From contig NW_003526944.1 of NCBI RefSeq assembly GCF_000181795.1, positions 4,479,293-4,543,292 of the forward strand: 64,000 bases of DNA, given 5' to 3'. The notes under the pieces were generated by a model. That model did not search any database and was not told where the DNA came from. It saw only the letters and a program-made list of their open reading frames with translations. Shown here piece after piece: positions 52,401-64,000 of the stretch. Position 1 is the stretch's first letter. Each line of letters opens with the position of its first letter. Source of the stretch: Trichinella spiralis. Its lineage: Eukaryota. The translations under genes were made by a program, and so were the position numbers.

Positions 52401-54505
52401 ACAGAGTTGCACGTTGTCCAAAAAGCGCTGTTCGACCGCTTTCATCGAATAGACGCACAAAGCCGACTGTCTGGACATCTGGGCCCTGACCGGCTCGTTG
52501 ACGCCACGTACAAAAATCACATAGAGGACGTCGTCTTCGGTGTTGATGTTCAAATCGCGCGCCAAATCAAAGCCCGCTTTGCCCAAATAAGCCGACTGGA
52601 CCAAATTGTAATGGACGCCGCCGTTGTTGTCGTCGATACATTCCAACGGCACTTCGGTGTAAGAATAATAGTGCGGATCGCGGTTGCACAGGCGAACCAA
52701 TTTCGATATGTACGGTGTTCTGCCGCCGGGCAGTTTCGGTTGTTTCGTGACGAAATAGCTGAAATTGCCCGAACCGAATCCATAAATATAATCCACTCTG
52801 TGCATCTCTAAATCGGTGTAATAGACCAGGCTGGATTCGCTGCTGACGCCTCTGAGAAGAAATGAATAAATCGAATGGAATTAATAATTCGAATTCCACT
52901 ACTCACTTGTAGACAGAGTTGAAAAGTTGATCCGGGTTGAGGCTGAGCGTTTTGACCGCGGTCAGACGATCACTGTTGCCATGCTTGCCAGTTCGTCCAA
53001 CGTACAAAACATCCTCATCATTTGGACCCTTGTTGACGAACAGAACAGCCGACGCGGTCAAATCTCCGCTGACCACATTCTGATCGACCACACGATCGTC
53101 GACCACGGATATATTGTACAAATTGCGCAGTCGACAATGGCCATCGTACAGCGAACTGCAGACGATCAGCTTGGTCTGCTTGTGGTATATTGCCAAAGCT
53201 TTGTTGTAATTGTCAGAGAGTCTGGTGCGCGGATCGCAGGCCGGATCGTCCGTGCAAATTGTACCATCTCGGGCAGGGCCTGTTTCCACTTGGCTTTGCA
53301 AGAGTAAATTGGAATTCAACTGGTAAAGTCGATTGACACCGGCGACATATACGCGACCCGTGTACAACCGTTCGACGACCTCAACAAGAAAAAAACCATC
53401 TCACAATATATACAAATCAACAAGCAGCACTGGAGGACATTTTTTGATTGCTTATTATTTTTGTACTCTTTTATTTGACATTCTCCTTTCTGTATGTATA
53501 TAGAGATTTTTCGAAAAATTTATTTATACTATAATACTCGTAGGACAAATATATAGATTTGTTTCGGGATCGAATGAAAGTTCGATCCATTTTTCCCATG
53601 AGATGTTGGAAAGGAGAAAAGAAAAAAAGCAAGCATTCCTGACAAACAAAAGTTACGGAAAAAAGCCCCGCTGTCAAATATTCACACAGTTGCGTCAGAC
53701 GACCGTGGTCGTGAGATGATTCAAAAAAGTCCGTTACTTTTTTGTCGATCTAGTCAACCGTAAGCCGAATCATCTTAAAATAAAAGCACCGGAAGAGGTC
53801 ATCGTCATCGGTCAGTTTTTTGGCAAAAATAAAGAAATAGAGAAAAAAGAAATTAAGCTCTCATTTTCGCAACATACGTGCAACCAATGTCCCGAATGCA
53901 AACGACTACAAGATTAGATAAAAGATCCAAAGCGTTTACTTAGCATTAAAGCTTGTTTACACGAAAGCTGAACAATTTATCCTTCCCCCCCCCTCTCCTC
54001 CAGATACACCATCTTCCGTCTGACTGGAACTTTGTGTTCCACTAAAAGTGACAAACAGATTAGTGAAAAAACAAATTCCCCATTGTCGAATGTAAAAAGT
54101 TATCATTAACAAAAAAAAAGATAATTAATAAAAATAAAACTACTGCCCCCAAATGCCGATAAGGAAAAAATAAACAGAAAGAGAAAAAAAATTTGATGCG
54201 CCGACGCTTATCAATCAATCAATCAATAAGCAATTACGTGTAGCTGTATTGTCAATGCAACAACCGCCAACACGGTATAATAATAAAGGGCAAAAGCTAA
54301 TAAAACCGCTATTTGGAATGGGTCAGAATAAAATAAAAAAAAACATTTAAAATCTGCTCCTACACAAAAAACTTACCATCCGTTGAAATGGACCGTCTGT
54401 GGGATTGTGAAAAATTTGATAAATTGGCGATGCATGGCCCAGAGAAGTGAACGTCGTCCAACAGGACCAGTACCAACAAAACCACCACCATCGGCACCAT
54501 GCCAT
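46488..54505 (-). CDS. plx-1: Plexin A-like receptor (Sema, PSI, IPT repeats, TM, split RasGAP domain with RBD)
   Basis: [29 protein letters not shown] and IPT repeats; TM followed by [52 protein letters not shown]. First coding exon is 54505-54377. Confidence 0.96.
47834..48414. other. Assembly gap (581 N) within the plexin cytoplasmic region
   Basis: Run of N. Confidence 1.
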
Positions 54506-57500
54506 GCCGACAAACACTCGCGTCTGTCTCTATTTAGCTGATTGGGAAATTGTTGTCGTCGATCCAATTCTGAAAATTTGTCAATAATAATAATTTTTTA
54601 ATGCATATAAAATATAATATCGAAATAAATATGGAAAGAGGAAAAGGTGCAAAGAAGAGAAAAAAAAGAGTTGAAACCAAGCTGAACGTCAGCTTGAACG
54701 CGTCAGTGCACGCACGACAAAAAAATGTATAGATATAGCAGGGGACAGACGATGGAGAGTAAGAGTGAAAAGAAAAGGGAGAATCAATCGCTTAGCCGGT
54801 CGTCGTGGTGTAAATGAAGCCGGAGGGGATCGGCGCCGGCCTGTCCGGTCAAAACAACACCAATAACGCCGGTTGACCAATAATTATATCCCCGGAGAGC
54901 CGGCCGGCGGTCAGTTGAGCTTTTGGTCAGAAAAAGCAGCTGCTGTGCTTGTCGTCGGTCCAACGATATAATGAATGAACGAACCAACGGTCAGCCCTGA
55001 TATCGTTGCGTCATCAGAGAACCAGAATGCCGCCGAATGGGAAAAAGCAACAGAAAAAAAATTGGTAGACAAAATAACAACAAGTATATTATTTTAGTAA
55101 GAGATTAAGCTGGAGTAATACACGAGTGGGTGAGAAATAAATTGGAATGCATTTTGCAAATAAAACAAAACATTACAACAAGCAATACTAATAATGATGA
55201 ATTGTGGATATGAAATTCAAGTGATAAGAAAACAAAACAAAACAAAACCGAAAAAAAACGGTGGTCGTTCAAGTTGCGCTTTGTTAGTTCAGATGGACAA
55301 TGGCCGCCCTGATTGCCATAGCGGAGTCGCGTGAAGTCGCGAACCAAGCCCAGACTATTGTAATAATGGTCGAGGCCCGTCGACGACCCGGATTCTGAAC
55401 CACCAATCGACCCAAAGCTGGTCGCGGTCACGAGCCAAAGCAACGATCCGCGAACAAATCCTCGCCCTCCAACCCTTCTTTTCCTCTCCACCCCATCGCT
55501 TTTCACCATTCATTATTATATTAATAATAATAATCGATAGAATAATGAGAAAAAGCGCCCCTGAAAACAGGCTAGACGTGAGAAAAAAAATGACACGCAT
55601 TCAAATGAGCGTGAAATGATGAGTCAGAAAAGGGAAGAAGAATCGAGGTCAATTTCAAAACATCCAATAGAATGTGCGCAATGTACACGCTTACAGAGAT
55701 GGATATGAGAAAAAAAACAACAACAACAATTAATAATAATTTATAATGTTCGGCTTTTCATGTTCTGTCAATAAATATATGAAAAGAAAAATGATTTTTG
55801 CTTGTTTGTTTGCCGAAGAAAATTGAAACGCGCGCGTCCAATTTTATACCAACAGAGCGGCAGCGAATCGATCAAAGCAACTTCCACTCTGGCAACACAA
55901 TCAAGACAAATTATAGATCCATAATCGGCTAATAACAACGAACAAATGAATCACTGCTACAAGAACAGAAAATGACAGATGTTGATGGTAAAAGTAAAAA
56001 AAGAAAAAATTGTTTTGAATGTTGTCGTCGCAACGACAATATGCAAATTTTAGAAAAGGAAAAAAAATAAGAAGAAGAAGGAGAATTTGCAATTGTGCCG
56101 TCGTCGAGACGCGGACGACGACGTATTATTTGCAAATGCAAGCGAAAAGCCTTGACCGAAATTTTTTCTCTCTTTCTCTCTCTCTCTCACATACTCTTCA
56201 CCTACAATTTTGCATTTTTCCACAAAACGCGTTCACAACTTGTTGAACGAAAAGCCACAGAAAAAAAAGAAGAAAAGAAAAAAACCAAGCAAGCCAAACA
56301 AACAAACAAACAAATAAACAAGCTCCTCTTTTGACGAATAAAGCTGGAAAGTTTGAAAAATTAAAAAAAAACCAAACCGATGTTTAATGATGATAAAATA
56401 ACAACAAATTGATTGATAAGTATCGGCAGTAATAAGGGGCAGGACAACAGGGCAGTGTCGATACGGATCCAAATAAATGGGGAAAAAAATTAAAGAAAGA
56501 GGAGGAAAATTATTTTACACGCGAGTGAAAATTTTTGACCGATCGTCGTCGTGGCTGGGATCGAATTGATGAAATATGCACAGGTAGAAATTATAATTAT
56601 AATAATTTTTTTTTCCAACCCACCAGCGCACCAGTACCGAACATCGTCGACGATGACGACAACGACTGCCATCGTTGCGTGATTTGAAATTTTCTTGCTT
56701 TCCCAGTGATAAAAAAACCAGTTTTCAAAACGTTTTCACTGCAACGGTGTAAGAAAATTTGCATTCCACAAACCAACCAACCAATCGGAGAAGGCAAACA
56801 AGAAAATGAGAAATTCAACCAACCGCATCGTCGGAGCTGGTAGAAAAGAAGGGAGCAGTTGAGAGCGTATCGGTCGAGGTGGTGGAATGATATTAAAAAT
56901 TAAAAAATAAAATCAACCTTCAAACTGTCAAAATTGATTAATAATAATAAGAATAATAATGGATGAATAACAACATTATTAGAAGAAGAAAAGCTTCACG
57001 CGCGTGTCGTTCGTGCTGTGACTTTTCTTTTTTGAGAACAATATTAAAAAGTTTAATTTTCCATTCAACCGTTTGTTTTATAATTAATTCATCCAATAGA
57101 AAAATATTCATAACAATTTATGATAATAATAGTCGGTTGAAGTCGATCAAACCGACCACAAAATGGCCAAAGTTATGCATATATATATATATGTATAAGG
57201 CACTTGAACAACGGACAAACAGAATTTCTCATTTTCCGCTTGCTCTTTTCAATCCGATCAATAATAAATACTGGACACAACAGCAAACAGTTCACTTATT
57301 GCAAATTTTTCCAATCGAAAATACGAATATTGAATAAATAATATTTGCTGTTTTTCTTATTCAAAAAATAATTATAATAAAAAAATTTACATAATCAAGA
57401 ATGACTAGGTCAGAGGAAGGAAGGAGGAATATTGGGCACGTCACGCGTGTAATTTCTCAACTAATTGAACAGTGAAAAATTGCCACCTCATTCATTTCGC

Positions 57501-60500
57501 TAGCAGGTCGTTTGTTTGTTTATTTGTTTGTTTGTTCATCCATGCACCTGCCGTAATTTGAAATGATAACGCGGAAAAACTCAGAAAAGAAAAAATAAAG
57601 ATAAAAGAAGAAGAATGAAGAAAATTTTTTTCAAAAATATGTTTAAATTAAAATTCTATAAATAGAAAATTAATAATTGTGGAACAAGTATAAATGGAAC
57701 AACTAAACCGAGAAAAAGAAGAAGAAATGTTGAATTCATATTGATAATGAAAGAATAATTCATCGTTTTGGTATTTGGAAAATTCGAACAGATTCTTTGG
57801 GCGAATGAATGGATGGCTTGTTTTTCAAAATTGAACGCGTCAGTCCGGCCGTGGAAAATGTTTATCACAAGCCACAGGGTTCGAAAAGCCGAAACAAAAC
57901 AAAAAAAAATTAAACCAGCTAAATGAACCCACAACATGACTAGATGAATGAAATTAACGAAACAATTTTTTTAAAAAAAATTAATTATGAATGATGTGAA
58001 AAAAAAATTTTAATATTAATATTTTTCGGATGAATCATCATCGTTTTAGAAAAATTTTTTTTGAAATTATACGCTCGTCGTTCGCGTCTTCGAACTTCCG
58101 GTCGGTAAAGCCCGAAGGCGATAAACGCGCACGGCTGTCATCCAATCAACGAACCGGTTCTTATGATGATATAAAAATGCCAAGTGTCAACAACGGTTGA
58201 ACATGATAAATTTCAATTTGAAACAACAATCATTGGGAAGTGAAGAAAATACTAAAAGCGGAAATTTGAAAAAAAAATAAAATTTATAATTATTACACTT
58301 AATTCTATTTAAATATAATTTTGAGGAGGAAATTGTGAATTTCGAGAAACAGAAAAAAAAACATTAAATTTTCACGTGGAGAAGAAATAACACAAACCAC
58401 GCACGTGATGTAGTTGAAATTCTTTCTTGGAAAATTTTTGATACACTCCACCAACGTACCTGGTTGAAAAGTAAACAAACAAACAAACAAACAAACAATT
58501 TTTAAACATATTTCTTTTTTTTGTAATTTTATTTATTACATAAAATTTCAAACCAAAGTCGGTGTGTTGAACACTGAACGCGTAAAAACGACGACCAACA
58601 ACTCGATCTGTCACAATTTTGCAGAGATTTCAAAAACAAGTTCACACAACATAACCTGTTATTATTGGAAAAAAAAAATTAAAATTTAATAAATTTAATA
58701 ACAATGAACTTTATTTCAAAAGAAAAATCCAACCAAAAAAGATTTTTTGTTCGATCAACAAATTCTTACTGTCACAAAAATTGGACGAGCAAATAAATTT
58801 GTTTACCGTTATCTTGTGTATGTATCGTTGGTGTTTGTGATCAGTTTCGTTCAGAGGAATATATATGAGAAGAAAAAGAGAGAAAATGTGCTACGTCAGC
58901 AAAGCAAACAAGCCAATTTTTCGTACACAATAATAATAGAGAAATTTAAAAAAAACAAAAGCTAAGGTGAAATAAATATCGAGTAGTAAACAAACCTCAG
59001 GTGAAGAAGCCCAAAGGAATAGAGGAATTCGAGCAGAACAAGTTGGGGTTGAAAAAAAAAGATGTGAAACATTTTCCCAACAGCAAATGGTTAAAAAAAT
59101 AAATGGCCAGCTTAATGGGTCGGCTAAATAAACACCGTACAGTATCTGAGCAGAGATTGGTCAAACAAAGACTAATTGACCAGTTGACCACCTGGATCGT
59201 TTTAGCAAGAAAAAGAAAGAAAGCAAAATAAGAATTTGGAAAATTTCAAACGAACTATCTTACCAAGAATTGAAATTATCAAAGCAACAATTTGACCCAT
59301 TCACATGCTGTTTAATGGTGCTGGTCAAGAAATTCCACAACGGTAAGATCAATGTTTACTCGGGCTTTACAATTTTCAACACAACAAGGGGCAGAGCAAT
59401 TTTTGAACCGGAAACAAGTTGAAGAGAAGTAAATCTTTCTCGGTGACGTATTTGACAACAAGCCTGCTGGTGCATGACCGCAATTAAGCACGCCTCAAGA
59501 GTTCGCAAATTCAACTAACTATAAGAATAATGTGGAACAACTGGCTAAATACTAAGCTGACTGGGCTGGCTAGATTGTGCTAGAAGCTGAAAAATAGCAG
59601 AATGAAAATACTCGCGCGCGCACACACACACACACACAAAAGCCATTATTATTGAAGATGATGAGGAAAAGCAGAAAAGAGAAAAAACCGAAGAAAAAAT
59701 TATACCCAGGCAGATGTGGTGATGATGGATGAATCAAAGAAAGCGAAAAAGATGCCCTGGTCAGCGGAAGACCAACTGCGGAAAATGATTTCGGCTCGTG
59801 GGAAGCAGGTCATCAGTTGGCCGGGACAACAGTATTTTGAAGCATAAAGAACGAAATGCCGCAGCATCTGCCCGCCACTTGGTCAATGCTTGGTCGTGGA
59901 ACGCTGTTGCTGCTGACCCCAACCCAAGAAATACAGCAAAAGAATATGAAGAAGAAAAAAAAACGTCCAACAAATCATTTTCCCCCCGATGACAACACCT
60001 CTATTCAAAGTCACCAGATATCTACAATCCATTTCAACCTCGACCAACAACTGGACCAACAGGTCAAGAAAATGTATCCAACAAATATGCTCATCAATTC
60101 ATTTATCATTTCATCGCTGATGTAAAAGAAAAATTTATACATTCTTTGATATTTATTGTTTTTTTTATCAGGTGCATTGTTAAAGATAAAAATTGAAAAA
60201 AAAACCAACAATTCAAACAAATTAACAGAACAACGAAAAGACAAAATTAATTCAAATCAACAACTTCAAAATTGAACAAATTACACAATACAGTATTCTG
60301 CACATCACGTTCAAATGAAAATTCCTGAACTGATTTTTGTTAAATTAGTGTCCAATCTAATTTAATTTCTAAATTATCGTTAAACAATAGATAAAAATAA
60401 CAAAATCGAAAAATAATAGCTGCAAATAATTTCAATCTTAAACGAACCTGGTACAATGGTGATTGATGAATGCTGTAAAATGCAAACTTGTTGTGAACAT

Positions 60501-61801
60501 TGTGACATGAAAATCAATGATGCAAAAATTAGAAAATGGACAGCAACAAACCAAATTAATAAAAATCAACATCAGCATAGTGGAGTGGAATAAAATAATA
60601 TTAAAAATAGAAAAGTGAATCAATTCGATTCGATTCAACCCGACTGCCCGGAGCAAATATTTGCCAAACTGTACAGCGGTGAGAAAATATTCAACCACCG
60701 GGACAGTGAGATCGAATTGATAATGTGCGAAAATTCATTCATCGCTACCACAGTGGAATTTATTCTTATGACCAACATTGAAGCGGTTTAATATTTACAA
60801 TAGAGATGCAATTTGATTGGAATTGTCGAAAAATGGCAAAGCGGACAATTCAGGTCAATGAACGAAATGAAATTTTTTCCCCAATCGATGCGTAATAATT
60901 GAACTGCTCAACTGTCAAATTATTCGACTACTTTACGCAAATGAACAAATGCTTTTCGGCTTACCTTTTGTCGCATGTTTGCTGTCGACATCCATCGGTG
61001 GACCAGATTTGAAAATTATGACGCCAATTTAGTTTACACTTTTTTCAATCATTTATCACTTTGATTCAAATGGTCGAATTACGCTAAAATAAAACTTTAT
61101 TTCATTAATAAAAATTCAACAAACTGCTTCATTTCACACCTTCAATATGCATATTTATAAGCGAAATTGGAGTATATTTTTGTTTTCATTCAAAAGAAAA
61201 AAAAATATTCATTCAATTCAACGCTGATAAATTATATATTCGTTTGATACAAATGGAGAGCATAAACAGATACATTTCAATGAATAAAAAGTAGGAAATC
61301 CAATGAGCATTTAAATGAGCAAAAAAATGTCAAATAAAAAAAATCAAGTCTACAGATTCACTATTTGGCAGGAAATTTTTTTCATGAAATTATTTTTTAC
61401 AAAAATTCAAAAAATACTGTACATTTTTTTTAAATAATTTCGTTTTTTCTATTAAAAGAATTGTAATAACAAATTAAAAAATTCAAATATTACAGTTGAG
61501 TTAATATTCAAAAAAATTTTTTTTTCATTAACTAATAATTTGTTTCTCTTGTAATAATAAAATATACGTGTTTTGAAGTAGTAAATTTTATAATCGAATA
61601 AATTTATTGACAATAAAATAAATTTTTCCTAATTATTTCAATTTAAAATTATTTCACGGCATAAATTGCAAATTTCGTCTTGATTATCTTCATTGTAAGT
61701 ATACTGTTATAAATGTTGGTTCTCCGTTTATTTATAAACAATTGAGTTCTGTTTTAATTTGTTGCAAACAATGTTTTAGCCTCTTTTGAAAACCACAAAA
61801 T

Positions 61802-64000
61802 ATGGCATCCCGTACACAGTCAGCTGAGGCTACTTTGCGTCAGTCATACTATGAGTTAAAAAAAGCTGAGAAAAGTGGCGATTACGAACGTGCATTGAAA
61901 CTTTGCGACAGAAGTATTATTGGAAAATTAATTTGACGATTGTTTCAAATTAATTTTATACAATGCTCTACGAACTTTTCAGTTTTGAAGTTGAAGGATG
62001 GAACAGATGACGTAGCGTTGTTTTGCAAAATTGTGTGTTTTATTCAAATGTCAAAATTTGCTGAAGCGAGGAAATTAATTCAGTCGAGTTCTTTGGAAAA
62101 AGCGTACAGATTTGCTTTTTTTTTGTTTTTATATTCTAATTGAAAAAATGTTTCAATTTAGATCACTGATATTTGAAGAGTCATACTGTCTTTATCGTTT
62201 GAATATGTTGGAAGAAGCAGCTTCAATGTTAAAATCCTCTTCACATATGAATATTGTGAGCAAAGAACTTTTGGCTCAAATTGTAAGTTTTCAATTTATC
62301 GATTATTTTCTTCTGTGTATTCATCATTTATGTAACGTTATTTCGATTTCTACTATTTAATAATTTTAATAAACAATTTTCAACGGCAGTCACTATCTCA
62401 AAATAAATTATCAAATAATGCAGATTGTTTTTATCGATCTGTTTTACAGTAATTTTAGTGTGGCTGTAATGTTTTTTTTGCATTAAGTGTTTAAATGAAA
62501 TTTTTGACAGTTGATTCAGTTATTTATTTGTTTATTTTAGCTTTATCGCTTGGAAAAGCCGGAAGAATCGTACAAATTGTACAAAGAAGTTTTAAGAAAC
62601 AGCTCTGATGGTTACGATGACGAAAGGATGGCCAATATCAATGCTGTTATTAGCGAACTTCAGTATCAGAATCCATCGAAACCTCTCGTAATGTTTTTTT
62701 TAATTTACGTTTGCAATTTCAATGTTTTTTTTGCATTTTAGGAATTAGAAATAAATCCTGATTCTTATGAACATGTTTACAATGAATCTTGCCGACTGAT
62801 TGCATTGAATGAATACGAAAAAGCTAAAGAACAACTAATTGTAGCGGAAAGTACATGATTCAATTTTTTCAATATTAATATTGTTTATTAATGATATTTT
62901 TGTTATTGTTTTATCCAGATTTGTGTCGGAATTCTTTAACTGAACAAGATTATACTGAAGATGAAATTGATGAAGAAATATCCATCATTCGGTATGTATT
63001 TGTTGTTGTTGTTGCTGTTTCTTATTTCTATACTTGATGTCATTGTAGTGTGCAGTTGGCGTACTGTCATCAAATGCTTGGTGAAATTGCAAAAGCTGGA
63101 AATATATTGAATGAAATTATAAAGAAAAAGTAATTTTAATTTTGTGATCAATTTTTTATTTTTTTTGGAAAATATGTGAAATTTAGAAATGTATCCATGG
63201 TTGTCCAGGCGGTAGCGTCGAACAATCTTGTTTGCTTGAAGAAAGACATGAATGTGTTCGAGTTGAGGAAAAGAATGAAATTTTGCACCACTTCTCAGCT
63301 AGATCGACAGTTGAACAATCGGCAAAAGTTGGGAATTTGTTTAAACGGAACGCTTGTATCGCTGCAAACGAACCAAGTGAATTTTTTTTTAATTTGCAAT
63401 TATTGCACCAAGCGAATGAATGTATTTTTTTATTTTAATGCTTGCAGTTCGATGCAGTAACAAAATCCATTGAAATGTTGAACAAAACATACGGACGGGA
63501 TGATTTGGCAATTTTTTGTGAAATGGCACTGATGTCAGCCAAAGGTAACGCTGGCCAAGCGGAGAAGAAGCTCGAGGAAATATTTGCTAGCAAGTCTGCA
63601 GGCGAATGTTCTCTAGCACTGCGCCTTGCACAGGCACAGATATTTATTAATCAAGGTGAATATTATTATTTCACTTTTTTTAGCTTATCCTTTGAAAAGA
63701 TGATGAATTTTTAGAGAAATTTGAAAAAGCATTCGACCTTCTTACATCACTGGCCGAAAATACGCTTCGTCCGGCTATATTGAGTGTTTTGTTACCGTTG
63801 TGCCACATGGTGAACAATAAGCGGACGGTGAAATTTTTGGAAAGCACTGCAAAACAGTTGTCAGATATGAAATGCGACAAAAAGACGTTGGTGGGATTTT
63901 TACAAGAATGCGCTTCTTTCTACACGAAAAACAACGACGTGAAAACTGCACTGATTTATTTGAAATGGCTCCACGATGTTCAGCCGGATGACTTGAACGC
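61802..64000 (+). CDS. SRP72: Signal recognition particle subunit SRP72, multi-exon, truncated by the window end
   Basis: FEESYCLYRLN; ELLAQI/LYRLEK; RNSSDGYDDERMANINAV; AVASNNLVCLKKDMNVF. Confidence 0.94.

Overview
AT-rich, intron-dense eukaryotic DNA. The short (about 45-90 nt) introns, TTTCAG-type acceptors just upstream of several ATGs and gene content suggest a nematode, probably clade I and Trichinella-like (inference). From about 17 kb onward the window is ordinary housekeeping and developmental gene space: TAF13, a two-pore K+ channel, exocyst Sec10/EXOC5, nidogen, MRPL10, SMC5 (with an intronic tRNA-Ser), a small EF-hand-like orphan, plexin A and SRP72 (cut by the window end). The first ~17 kb has no intact ORF but is not featureless. 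Hand translation across stops and frameshifts gives (i) a tandem graveyard of apparently intronless Toll-like-receptor-like pseudogenes on the minus strand (LRRs, cysteine clusters, TM, TIR-like; ~3.3-10 kb), (ii) a nearly full-length decayed DNase II (plancitoxin-like) pseudogene (~15.6-17.0 kb), (iii) other decayed exon repeats, and (iv) two diverged copies of a ~230-nt GC-rich element with covarying stems at the window start. Pseudogene assignments rest on by-eye comparison with family consensus recalled from memory and need HMM confirmation. Their boundaries are approximate.
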